DNA of 64,000 nucleotides from an uncultured Clostridia bacterium (GCA_945919375.1 CAMEJD010000006.1:7406-71405); one strand, 5' to 3'; positions 45,227 to 55,354 are shown, counted from the first letter of the stretch. The notes: generated by a model from the letters alone, not told the origin. Translations and numbers: made by a program.

Positions 45227-46825
45227 ATGAACAGTAATTATAAGTTTAGAATTTTTTATAATTCTATTGACGGATGTAAAAGTGATTCTCGATGGATTTT
45301 AACAATAGAAACAAATCTACTGACTAAACAGCAATTGGACGGAATCTTAAAGAATTATTTTACAATCAATTCTGACATAATTAGTTCTGTAAAAAAGAAT
45401 GTGACAATCCCACAAAATATTCAATTCTTTCAAACATATAAAATTCGCAACATTTTCCAATATTACTGCGAAGATATTAATATTGGAGATAATGCAATTT
45501 TATTATTTCAAAACTATGAAATCCTCAATGAAAAATCATCTATATCCCAATATATAAACCATTTTATTAATGGCTTGCAAACAATAGAAAAAAATATTTT
45601 TCTGTTTAAAGTTATAAGTTCAAAAAGTTTATTAAGAAAACTAGCAGGGTCTTTATGCTTTAGAATTGAAGACTTAAATAAAATTGATATTTTGAGTTTT
45701 AAACTAGATGAAATAATCACTATACAAAATTCATTAAAAAACATAGATTTTCGAAAACCACTTGACTATTTAAGTGATTTAGATTCCGTATTACAAGACA
45801 ATTACCCTTACCTTCATTCAAAGTATAATTTTAAAAAAAACATAGTGTTGTCCAACGAAGATGCAGCACAAATTTATAATATCCCAGCATCAAAATATAA
45901 GTATTTATTATATAGAGATATAAGTAAATTCCGCAGGTTTTTATATTCAAATAATTTACATTCACAAAAAACAAAGAAAAAAATAGATATTTATTCTTCA
46001 CTTTTAAAAGTCCTATTTTATTCTGACAATGATTATATCATTAGCAATTACGAACTCAATTCGTTTTATAATAACGCATATAAAAGCTTCATATTTGATA
46101 TTTATATAAGACAAATTAATATTCCTAATAGTCTTCATAATTGTAAATATATTGATCTCAGAGGAGACTTATATGAGATTATTGAAAATTTACCTACTGT
46201 AGTAAATGTGAAAAAACTTAATAATCTTATGATTATATGGGAAAAAAGATTAAATGGTTTCATCCCATATATTAAATTTAAATCATTTATATCTACACCT
46301 TATCATAAATATGGTGAAACTTATGCTCTTTCTCAAATTGGTGAAAATAAGGGGTTCATTAATGGCAAGATTGTTACAGATAATGAAATCTATCAACATA
46401 TCTTTAGGTGCATATTCCCAAATGGTGCAAACATTACAAATAAAGATAACATTAAAAAATTAAAATATATTGCAGATAGAAAGTATGGACTAACAAATAA
46501 TGTAGAATCTAATGCTGTAATTAAAAAGATTTTATCTAATCCAAAGTTCATACAAATAGATAAGAATATTTATAAATATTACAATGATACACTAATTGAT
46601 ATCAATTTATATAACGAATTATATAAGTATATCAAAACACATAAGTATGTTGAATGGAATGATTTATTTAATAAGTTTAGCAAAATATTAAAAACTAAAA
46701 TGATTATAACTCCTACAATGCTTCATAGTTGTTTACAACAAGTTTACAATAGTAATAGCCTCAATAATAAAAGACGAATAATTGTATTTACAAAAGTTGC
46801 TGCTTATGTTAGACGCCATTATTAG
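45227..46825 (+). CDS. Hypothetical N/I/K/Y-rich protein, no recognisable domain
   Basis: 532-aa ORF that is visibly more AT-rich than its neighbours. It is the only plus-strand gene within a ~18-kb run of minus-strand genes. Confidence 0.5.
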   Translation: MNSNYKFRIFYNSIDGCKSDSRWILTIETNLLTKQQLDGILKNYFTINSDIISSVKKNVTIPQNIQFFQTYKIRNIFQYYCEDINIGDNAILLFQNYEILNEKSSISQYINHFINGLQTIEKNIFLFKVISSKSLLRKLAGSLCFRIEDLNKIDILSFKLDEIITIQNSLKNIDFRKPLDYLSDLDSVLQDNYPYLHSKYNFKKNIVLSNEDAAQIYNIPASKYKYLLYRDISKFRRFLYSNNLHSQKTKKKIDIYSSLLKVLFYSDNDYIISNYELNSFYNNAYKSFIFDIYIRQINIPNSLHNCKYIDLRGDLYEIIENLPTVVNVKKLNNLMIIWEKRLNGFIPYIKFKSFISTPYHKYGETYALSQIGENKGFINGKIVTDNEIYQHIFRCIFPNGANITNKDNIKKLKYIADRKYGLTNNVESNAVIKKILSNPKFIQIDKNIYKYYNDTLIDINLYNELYKYIKTHKYVEWNDLFNKFSKILKTKMIITPTMLHSCLQQVYNSNSLNNKRRIIVFTKVAAYVRRHY

Positions 46826-46899
46826 AAAATTTAGGTTCATACTAGCTTTTTACAGATTTGATATTTACATTTTTAAAATGTTCAATGCAAAATTAACCA

Positions 46900-47325
46900 C
46901 AAGTGCAAGGCTCGACAAAATCGCCACCGCAGGAGTTTGTAAATCAAAAATTAAAAAAATGGCCCGAAATTCAAGGCTCGCTTTTGGCATTATTTGGTTT
47001 GTTTAACTAAAAAAATGCAAAATTAGGAGACGTATTTGAGGCTCGCATAATAAATGCCGGCAGGAGTTTGCTTACGCAAATAGGGCTTCGCCCTTTTAGT
47101 CGGCGTCGCATATTTAAGTTTATGCAAGCATGTCTTCTATATGCTCCTTGTAATGACTGTGGCATTTTGTTATGCAAAAACTAAAAGTTTGCTTAACATA
47201 AAAATTAAAAAAATAGCCCGAAATTCAAGGCTCGCTTGGTATTTACACGCAGGAGTTTGCTAACGCAAATGACTGTGTGTAAATTGCCAAGCAGAAACAA
47301 AGAAGTTCGGAGCTATTTTTTTAAT
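46900..47325. repeat. Cluster of four units of the structured hairpin repeat family (two intact, two degenerate)
   Basis: A/GAGGCTCG at 46907, 46973, 47038 and 47227. CGCAGGAGTTTG-type cores at 46927-46939, 47059-47080 and 47248-47279. AAAAATTAAAAAAAT[G/A]GCCCGAAATTCAAGGCTCG is repeated at 46946-46980 and 47200-47234. Confidence 0.85.
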
Positions 47326-47328
47326 TTT

Positions 47329-47640
47329 TTAGCCTTGGTAAATAATAAGACTAACAAAATATAATACTATACATATTGCCATAATTGATACACAAGCAAT
47401 AGTTGCACGAGAAAGTTTTACATTTCTTGATTCACCTTTGTTTTGTGCATAATAACTTTCTTGACTTGAACCAGTTAATGCACTTTGTCCATCATCGTTG
47501 GCATTCGATTGCAAAAGTGTTGTAACAATCATAATAACTGCACAAATAGCTATCATACAAACAAGAACTATTCTTATGATTGGGAATGAACTTGTTACCC
47601 AATATGGCATTGATGATTCCAATAATAAATTTTGTTTCAT
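47329..47640 (-). CDS. secG: Preprotein translocase subunit SecG (probable)
   Basis: Two TM segments separated by a G/S/Q-rich loop. IMIVTTLLQS resembles the SecG VLLQ motif, followed by K..R...L.R.T..... 103 aa, with GGAG 5 nt before the ATG. Confidence 0.55.
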   Translation of the reverse strand: MKQNLLLESSMPYWVTSSFPIIRIVLVCMIAICAVIMIVTTLLQSNANDDGQSALTGSSQESYYAQNKGESRNVKLSRATIACVSIMAICIVLYFVSLIIYQG

Positions 47641-47649
47641 AATTTCTCC

Positions 47650-47868
47650 TTAAAAACTCCAAATACTGATAAGAACAATTAACCCAACAAGCAATGCAAT
47701 AAGTAGAATTTGCCCTATCTTTAATTTACCCTTGTCTTTTGCAAAAGTTTTTATAAATTTTATAAATAGCATTGCCAAACAAAAACTAAGACCTGCAATA
47801 ATCACAATTTTTGTTAATGTGGGTAAATTGAAAAAAAATGTTTTAATGTCGTTTATAAATTTATCCAT
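47650..47868 (-). CDS. Small two-TM membrane protein
   Basis: 72-aa ORF with GGAG upstream and hydrophobic segments IVIIAGLSFCLAMLFI and ILLIALLVGLIVLISIW. Confidence 0.4.
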   Translation of the reverse strand: MDKFINDIKTFFFNLPTLTKIVIIAGLSFCLAMLFIKFIKTFAKDKGKLKIGQILLIALLVGLIVLISIWSF

Positions 47869-48032
47869 TTATATTTCTCCATTAGGAATAATTTAACACA
47901 AAACTATTTTTATGTCAATACAAACGACTATACAACATTGTGCATTATAAAGAATTATAATTTTTTTGTCAAATATTTTGACGGCTAAAAAACAAAAAGG
48001 AATTGCATTTTGTTTGCAACCCCCTTTTTGTT

Positions 48033-48401
48033 TTAAAGTGTTATGTCAATATTTTCCTTTTCTGTGTTATAGACCCTGTTATATGCATCAATGAAACTTT
48101 TTCCAAACACCTTATAGAAATAGTGTTGTAAGGCTTTTGTCCACTTTTCATCAAGGTATTTTTTGTCTAATTTTTCTTCATAGACTTCAAACTCATACAC
48201 ATCGTAAACTACTTTTCTGTTCGCTTTTGTTCCAGAAAACTCTATGTATTTTTTGTTATCCTTATCATATTTTACTATAATAGATTTTATTTTTAGGTCT
48301 TTGCCATCTACACAATACATTATATAATTTTCATTTGTAAATACATCAATAATTTCCGAAACATTCAAATTTAAGTCACTATAATCTTTTTCTGAAAACA
48401 T
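48033..48401 (-). CDS. Hypothetical protein
   Basis: 122-aa ORF downstream of the giant gene, with no recognisable domain. Confidence 0.4.
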   Translation of the reverse strand: MFSEKDYSDLNLNVSEIIDVFTNENYIMYCVDGKDLKIKSIIVKYDKDNKKYIEFSGTKANRKVVYDVYEFEVYEEKLDKKYLDEKWTKALQHYFYKVFGKSFIDAYNRVYNTEKENIDITL

Positions 48402-48496
48402 TTTTTGCCCCTTTTGAATTTTTACATATATATTATAGTACTAAAAATTATTTGTTTCAATAGGTGAAATTGAAAATTTTGTCGGTTTTTGACTTT

Positions 48497-51400
48497 TTAT
48501 GCATGAACCCAAACAGGTTTTAAAGTTATATTTGATGTAACTTTTAATGATGATGCACCAGAATACTTACCGTCATATAAATTTTGCACACTATCTCCCC
48601 AAGCAACTGTTTTAAAATTATATTTTGGCCCGCCATATGAATATACTGCCGTTGCAATATAATTGCCAAATACCAAATCAGTATTCCTTTCTATTTTAAC
48701 TTGGTTTGTACCATTTGTGTTAGAAACATTTGAAACACTCTTTTTTGAACCACTTGATATCCACCAACCCGGTTTTGTCCAAGCATTAACATCAAATGTT
48801 ACAATGCAATATTCTTTAACATCCCAAACTGCTATATATTTGTTATCACCAGCAACTGTTAAAACACTGGTACTTGTAATTAACTCATCATTTCCTTCAA
48901 GTTTGTATCCAACAAATTTATATTCAACAGTGTATGAGCCTTTATTTTCTTCATAACTTGAATATTGTGGAAGCAAAAGATTTGAACCTTCATACAATGT
49001 TTGTTTGTTAAAATATGGGTTTCCATTTGGTGTTGTATAATTTGAAACAACAGTTACATAGTATTCATTTCTCATGTACCAAATTGAGTCTTTGCTAACA
49101 ACAAAAGACTTAATTAAGTTGTCTTTATCAAAGTTTGAAGACGAATAAACTAGGGTTGAGTCTTTGTAAATATCTAGTGATTTTATATCAAATACATCAT
49201 CTGCTTTAACTTTCCCAGAATATACAATTTGGCTGTTGTGATATATTGTCAATGAATATGTTTTTGTAATAATTTCTTCCCATTTTGCATAAAGTGTGAT
49301 TTCATCATCTTGGAAAGTTGTTTGGGTGTAGTCTTTTCCGTCAACAGTTTGCCAACCCAAAAATACTTTTAGTTTTGATGTATTGTTGTCAATTTGCTCT
49401 TCCAAATTTGATAACCTTGGAAGAGATAATTCTTCCCCAACAAAACCTGTTATTGAATCAAGTTCAACTCTTTCATCGTTTGTAACAAAATAAATTTTTG
49501 TATACTTCTTTTGTTCTTTTATTTCCCATTTTGCAAAAAGTGTTGTATTTGTGTTTGGGAAAGTGTCTTGATTAAATTTGTTTTTATAATTACTGTCAAG
49601 ATACCAACCAACAAAGGTATAAGTTGTTCTTGTAATTTTGTCATCAACAATTCTATCTTGCATACTTGGGAAATTGATTTTTGAAGCAATTATCCCCGTT
49701 TGAGTTGATATTGTTTCACTATTATCAATAAAATATACACTTCTTTCATCTTTGTTTGCTTGTTTCCAACTTCCTGTGCCTTCTTTTTGGTATTCGCCAT
49801 TAAGCCCAAACCCATAAACATTGTCGTAAGTGTCAATAAATTTTGTTGCCTTTGAAATATCAACACTTTGACCAATGTCAATCAAAAACAAGGATTCTTT
49901 ATCACTTTGATTGCTTGAACTATCCGTCTTTAACGAAATCAAACCATCAAGTACTTGCAAGTCTATATCAAGACGTTTGAAATAGTCTTTTCCGTCACCT
50001 GTCATTTGATTTGATGTTTCAATAATAATTGAAAGTGTACCAATGTCAGGATTATGTGCAAGTTCTGCAAGGTTCACAACAATTGTATGTTTGCTATTGT
50101 TATGAGTGTATTCTTTTACAATATTGCCATAATCGGTTTTACCTTCATATGCTTGACTCTTGTCTATTGCTTCGTTTATTTTGTTTTGAATTGAGTCTGT
50201 GAAACCAAACAAATATTGCATATAATATTTGATATTTTCAAATAGATAACTTGGTTCAATTTTTGTCATTCTTGAAAATTCCTTGCATGCACCAGACTTG
50301 CCATCAATTGTTGACAAATATATGTTACCATCATGGAAATAAATTGTTATTACTCTTTTTCTTGAAAGAAGGGCAACACCATTAGAATTTGCATTATTAA
50401 CTCCGGTTATGATTGGATAGTTATTAAGTTCAATAAATCCGTCCCAACCTATTATTTCCTTTTCGATTATTTCGCCAGTTTCTTCATCAAGTTCTTTTGT
50501 TTTTGTTATTATCTTTTTTATTCTTGCATCAACACCAACTGTTGCGGCATCAAATTTTATTCCAATATCAACATTAAGTTTTATTCCACCAACAATATGG
50601 AAATCGTTAAGATTTGAAGTATTAACAAATGCTCTAATTAAATCTTTTGAATCAGACAAATCAATATACTTTTCAATGTTTTCAACTTGTTTTACACCAC
50701 TATATTCATTAAATACAATATTTGCAAAAAGAACTTCGTTAGTTTCCACATTTGTTATTAGGTTGTTGATTTCTATATTTGTTAGTTTATTATTGTTATA
50801 GCAAATTCTGATTGTTATATCTTTTCCATTTGCATATTCGCCAAGTTTTTCACCTTTTAGGACAATTGTTAAATCTGTGTCTGTATAGTTTATGGTTTCA
50901 ACATATTCAAGCAAAGCAAGTGGATTAGACATATCAAGTTTTGGTAAAATCTCCGACAAATTACCTGTATCAATATCTTCTTTTGTCAAAAAGTCATTTA
51001 GTAGTGGAATTGATGAAACATCAATATTAAACGCACTGCAAAGAATGCTTAAAATCTCTTGAATTGCATCTTCCCTAATCTTGATTTTTAGGCCAGTTTC
51101 CCCACCATAGCAAAAATACAACGCTTTGTTTGAGTAGTGTACCGTGATTTGTTCATCAAGTCCGGATACATTAACATATGCATTAAGCAAACTTGTTAAA
51201 TCAAGGTTGACATCGCAATCAATATTTTGTATTTGTTTTGAACCTTTATACTTGTTTACACTAACATTCAAATTGAATTGTTTTTGCATTATTTGGTTGT
51301 ACACATTTTCTATCAATGTTGTGTAATTTGTATATGGTTTAAATTCTTGCTTATTCAAATTACTTAAATCAAATTTCTCAAAGTTTGTACATTCCAAAAT

Positions 51401-54277
51401 TGCACCATTTTCATTTTGAGCAAATTCAACTTGCCTAATAAAATCGTCAAAAATAACATTTATATTAAAGTTATCTTTAAACTCAACATATGTTTTACCA
51501 TTTATTGTTTTTACGCTCTTAACAAAATCAAAATGCATATCCTTTATTTTGTCATATAATGTTTCGCTTGTGTCTATATTGATTTCTGTGTCAAATGTTT
51601 TGTTTATCCATTTTACTATGTCTTGAATTTCACTTGTGTTTACATGCAATTTCACACCAATCACATCAAGATATATATCATTATTTTCAAGATAGATATT
51701 TATATTTAGACCTTTAAAGTTTGTGTTAATAAAACCGATAAGAGAATTGTCAACAAACCCAACTTTGTAATTTACATTAAGTGTGTTAAGTTCGCCAAAC
51801 AATTTGATGTGTGCTGTTGCGTTACCACTTATGCACAAATTCTTTAAAGTGCTATATAGTGCCTTTGATAAATCTTTGAATTCATAAAGGTCAATATATT
51901 CGCTTTCTTCAACCAAAACTTCAAAATCTTGAGATAGTCCAATATTTGCATTTATATCATTAAACTTTATTGTTGCATCAAACAATTCGTTGTCCAATGT
52001 TAATGAAAAATCGTTATATACAATTTTTACAATGTGTTCTTTAAACTCAATTTCAAGTTCGCTTAATATATCTTTTATGCTTATGTTTGGTATTTCAACC
52101 TTGCCAATCAATTTTTCTATATCTTCTTTTGCAAAAGTCATTATATAGTTGTACATATCTTTTGCATGGTCAAAACTACATTTAAGTTTAAACCCATCAA
52201 AATTGATAAATATTGTGTTATTTTTAATTAAAATATCAAGTCGTTTATCTAAAATAATTGTCTCAAATTTACCTTCAAGTTCGTTATTTATGTATTTTAT
52301 TTGACCATTTATTTCATAATTTTTGTAATTTGCATTTACTTTAAAAATTGGTTGAATTGTTTTTATTTTATTTGTCAATTTTTGTATGTAATTTGCAATT
52401 TCTGTAATATTTTGATATTCGCCATTTGGAACATAGTTTATTTCTTCAAAATCAGCAACATTTAATTTTATTGAAAAATCTTTTGTTTTTGCCTTTATTC
52501 CATCAATACTTTCATTTGTCTTTGAAAAATCTATAGATATATTATTACTATTAACAAAGTCTAGTATATCGCTATATATATCCATAACTTTATCATAATC
52601 AACATCTTTGACAAGTTCTTTTATGTCAGTCATTTTAAATTGTTTTACAAAATCATAAATTTCTTCAAGTGTGCCTTTTGCTTTTAAAATATTGCCAAAT
52701 TCAACATAAATATTTTTATCTACATAATTTATTTCAAAATTTGTGTCATATATATTTGACTTTATTTGAATTTTTAATTCATTTTTTATATCAATATTTA
52801 TTTTTGCATTTATTTGTTCATTTTTATAAGTTACACACAATTCAAAAGCAATATTTTTTTCATATAAAATTCCATCAATAATTTTGCTTACTAATTTTTC
52901 ATCTTTAATATTTTTATATTCTGTTTCGTTAATTTCCTCAACTTCGATTTCTTTGTTTAATGTCAATTCAAAGTTTACATCATCTTTGTAATTTGCTTTT
53001 ATATTATAAATTTCGCCATCAATTAAATTAAGTGAAAAATTATAATCTTGTTTTGTATAAGACATTCCATTTTTATCAACCTTTACATCGTTGACATTTG
53101 AAAGAATTCCCAAAACAGTTTTTATATCAATGTTATTTGCAAGTTTATTTATGTCTATTTCTGGAAGCTCTATATTAAATTTGCTCAAATAGAACTTTAT
53201 TGAATCTGTTATTTTGTTTATATCAAACTCTTTTGTGTTGTAATAATATTTATAATCTTTGAAAGAAACATATACTTTGTTTTTGTTATAATAAATTTTT
53301 ACTAAATCATCGCCAAGTTTTGTTTTTGCGTAAAGTTTTATATCTTTTGCATCGGCAAAATCAAGACTATATTCAACATTAAACTTTTTATTATAAACAT
53401 TAAGTTCAAGATTTCCACTAACCTTTCCTTTTTGGGCAATTTTGTCCACACCCTCCAAAATGTTTGTAAGCACACTTACATCAGTTAATTCATCTTTGTC
53501 TTGTGGCTCATTTAACTCTTGCTTGTCTGCTTTAAAGTTTGTGTCAAGGTTTGCAACTATTTGTGTGCCATTAAAATTTATGTTTTTTGTATATATTGCT
53601 TGTGGTAAATATTCTTTGTCGGTTATTATAACCAAAGTTCCATAACCAAACAAATCTAGGGAAAGTTCTTTGCCCTGCTCGGTTTCTTGCTCTGTCATTC
53701 CACTTGCCAAACTTGTAAGCATTGATGGGTCAAAAGACATATTTGACATATCTGGCAATGTAACTTTTACACCAAGTTTGTCCAAGATTGTAAAGTTTAG
53801 TATTTTTGTTATATCTTGCATTGCATTATTTGTTGAAAGTTTGAATTTCATTCCTGCAAGATTTGCGTATACGTAATTGTTTATGTAACTAATATCAAAA
53901 GTGATATCTTCTTCAAAATATCTAACAACACCACAAATGGAAAGTTTTGCCTTATCAAAAGCAAAATCACTCCCTGCTTTGCTGTCCTTTAGGTCAACAT
54001 AAACATCTGCATTTATGTCAATTGGTTTTTCCATTGCCTGTGGGGAAACCTTTAATGAAAGTCCCACTTTTGCATTTTCGGTTTTCATTATATTATCTAG
54101 CATTTTTGTTAAAGAATTATCTTCTATAACATCATCTTCCGAATGAATTGGCACATCTGCTGGTTTTCGGTTTATGAAAAACAAGGCAACCTTTGAACCT
54201 GCAACCAATGTCAAGGTCAATGCAAATGCCCCAAAATAAAACATAAAAGTTTTTAAATATTTTTTTACCCTTTTCAT
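48497..54277 (-). CDS. Giant (1926 aa) N-terminally anchored protein with repeated internal modules and C-terminal Listeria-Bacteroides (Flg_new) repeats
   Basis: N-terminal TM FMFYFGAFALTLTLVAGSKVALFFI. At least seven recurrences of the pattern N-x-[IV]-Y-[VLIF]-x-[FLV]-x-G/D-x-K-[LF]-K...[IM]xx[IFW] (examples in findings). The C-terminus has TYTFVGWYLDSNYKNKFNQDTFPNTNTTLFAKWE, VFLGWQTVDGKDYTQTTFQDDEITLYAKWE and YKFVGYKLEGND. Confidence 0.8.
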   Translation of the reverse strand: MKRVKKYLKTFMFYFGAFALTLTLVAGSKVALFFINRKPADVPIHSEDDVIEDNSLTKMLDNIMKTENAKVGLSLKVSPQAMEKPIDINADVYVDLKDSKAGSDFAFDKAKLSICGVVRYFEEDITFDISYINNYVYANLAGMKFKLSTNNAMQDITKILNFTILDKLGVKVTLPDMSNMSFDPSMLTSLASGMTEQETEQGKELSLDLFGYGTLVIITDKEYLPQAIYTKNINFNGTQIVANLDTNFKADKQELNEPQDKDELTDVSVLTNILEGVDKIAQKGKVSGNLELNVYNKKFNVEYSLDFADAKDIKLYAKTKLGDDLVKIYYNKNKVYVSFKDYKYYYNTKEFDINKITDSIKFYLSKFNIELPEIDINKLANNIDIKTVLGILSNVNDVKVDKNGMSYTKQDYNFSLNLIDGEIYNIKANYKDDVNFELTLNKEIEVEEINETEYKNIKDEKLVSKIIDGILYEKNIAFELCVTYKNEQINAKINIDIKNELKIQIKSNIYDTNFEINYVDKNIYVEFGNILKAKGTLEEIYDFVKQFKMTDIKELVKDVDYDKVMDIYSDILDFVNSNNISIDFSKTNESIDGIKAKTKDFSIKLNVADFEEINYVPNGEYQNITEIANYIQKLTNKIKTIQPIFKVNANYKNYEINGQIKYINNELEGKFETIILDKRLDILIKNNTIFINFDGFKLKCSFDHAKDMYNYIMTFAKEDIEKLIGKVEIPNISIKDILSELEIEFKEHIVKIVYNDFSLTLDNELFDATIKFNDINANIGLSQDFEVLVEESEYIDLYEFKDLSKALYSTLKNLCISGNATAHIKLFGELNTLNVNYKVGFVDNSLIGFINTNFKGLNINIYLENNDIYLDVIGVKLHVNTSEIQDIVKWINKTFDTEINIDTSETLYDKIKDMHFDFVKSVKTINGKTYVEFKDNFNINVIFDDFIRQVEFAQNENGAILECTNFEKFDLSNLNKQEFKPYTNYTTLIENVYNQIMQKQFNLNVSVNKYKGSKQIQNIDCDVNLDLTSLLNAYVNVSGLDEQITVHYSNKALYFCYGGETGLKIKIREDAIQEILSILCSAFNIDVSSIPLLNDFLTKEDIDTGNLSEILPKLDMSNPLALLEYVETINYTDTDLTIVLKGEKLGEYANGKDITIRICYNNNKLTNIEINNLITNVETNEVLFANIVFNEYSGVKQVENIEKYIDLSDSKDLIRAFVNTSNLNDFHIVGGIKLNVDIGIKFDAATVGVDARIKKIITKTKELDEETGEIIEKEIIGWDGFIELNNYPIITGVNNANSNGVALLSRKRVITIYFHDGNIYLSTIDGKSGACKEFSRMTKIEPSYLFENIKYYMQYLFGFTDSIQNKINEAIDKSQAYEGKTDYGNIVKEYTHNNSKHTIVVNLAELAHNPDIGTLSIIIETSNQMTGDGKDYFKRLDIDLQVLDGLISLKTDSSSNQSDKESLFLIDIGQSVDISKATKFIDTYDNVYGFGLNGEYQKEGTGSWKQANKDERSVYFIDNSETISTQTGIIASKINFPSMQDRIVDDKITRTTYTFVGWYLDSNYKNKFNQDTFPNTNTTLFAKWEIKEQKKYTKIYFVTNDERVELDSITGFVGEELSLPRLSNLEEQIDNNTSKLKVFLGWQTVDGKDYTQTTFQDDEITLYAKWEEIITKTYSLTIYHNSQIVYSGKVKADDVFDIKSLDIYKDSTLVYSSSNFDKDNLIKSFVVSKDSIWYMRNEYYVTVVSNYTTPNGNPYFNKQTLYEGSNLLLPQYSSYEENKGSYTVEYKFVGYKLEGNDELITSTSVLTVAGDNKYIAVWDVKEYCIVTFDVNAWTKPGWWISSGSKKSVSNVSNTNGTNQVKIERNTDLVFGNYIATAVYSYGGPKYNFKTVAWGDSVQNLYDGKYSGASSLKVTSNITLKPVWVHA

Positions 54278-54279
54278 AA

Positions 54280-55203
54280 TTATTTTTCCACAATACTTTC
54301 TATATCATAGTGAAATTCGTTTTTATATTTTCCAACAGCACTCATCCCAATAACTTTATAACTTTCGTTAATGTAAATGTTTTGGAAATTCATATTTTTA
54401 TCGACTTCAAATCTTAATTCTATACTTGAAAATTTTGGATATCCAAAACCACTCATATAGTTCATTTTTTTTACATAATTTAAAACACCAAGTGTTGGGT
54501 TTAAATTTATTGTGTAACTATAAAGTTCTTTAACCTTGCCATTGTTTTTTTCACTTTGCACTGTTTTTCTTGAAACAATATAGTCAATTGGATTTTCGGC
54601 TTTTAATCCAGTCATCTCTTCATATTCCTTATCTGTTCTATAGTCCTGCCCAGATTCTGGTTTATTTAATGTCCAAGTAACATTATCTCCATTAAGTGAG
54701 CCTTCATAGGAATAGAATTTATTTTCACCAAAAGTAAATTCAGTCTTTTTGGCAACATTAGCAAGTCCTGTACTAAAATAGTCAAAATAACCTTTTGTTC
54801 CCTTTCTGTATCTATATCCATACAAATCTTGTTTCATCCCAAGTGTTGTTACAACACCCTTTTCGCCACCATCATAACCTTTGGTGTACATACAATAATT
54901 TTCACATTCATTTATTTTTGCTTCAGCAACAACAAAGATTTGAGTTGGCGTAAGTTTTGATATATCCATTGTTTTCCATTTTGCAATGTCGGAATCTTTT
55001 TCTTTGTAAGCACTTGCCGAATATCCAGATGGGTCAAAAGTGTCAAACTTTCCAATAATCAAGTCACCAACAACAAACCCACCAGCAGTGCCACATCCAA
55101 TCATAAGCAAGCACAAAAGGACCTTTACGGCAATGCCAATAACCTTTTTCTTTTTTGCTGTGACCTCGTAAGGTTTTGCAGTTTGGTCTTCAACGCTATC
55201 CAC
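54280..55203 (-). CDS. N-terminally anchored 307-aa protein, unknown function, co-operonic with the giant gene
   Basis: GTG start, then a TM segment VIGIAVKVLLCLLMIGCGTAGGFVVGDLII. The stop is 2 nt before the giant gene's ATG. Confidence 0.6.
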   Translation of the reverse strand: MDSVEDQTAKPYEVTAKKKKVIGIAVKVLLCLLMIGCGTAGGFVVGDLIIGKFDTFDPSGYSASAYKEKDSDIAKWKTMDISKLTPTQIFVVAEAKINECENYCMYTKGYDGGEKGVVTTLGMKQDLYGYRYRKGTKGYFDYFSTGLANVAKKTEFTFGENKFYSYEGSLNGDNVTWTLNKPESGQDYRTDKEYEEMTGLKAENPIDYIVSRKTVQSEKNNGKVKELYSYTINLNPTLGVLNYVKKMNYMSGFGYPKFSSIELRFEVDKNMNFQNIYINESYKVIGMSAVGKYKNEFHYDIESIVEK

Positions 55204-55324
55204 TCGTCTTTTTTCTCCTTTGAATTTTTGCTTTGGTTTTATTTATTTATAAATAAATCCTACTTAACTATTTTAGTATATCACAATAAATCAAAAAATG
55301 CACCATAAATTTTTAAAGAGAAAA

Positions 55325-55353
55325 AATGCTATCAAAACTGATAGCATTTTTTT
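55325..55353 (-). terminator. Intrinsic terminator downstream of aspS
   Basis: AATGCTATCA-AAAC-TGATAGCATT with T-runs on both strands. Confidence 0.75.
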
Positions 55354-55354
55354 G

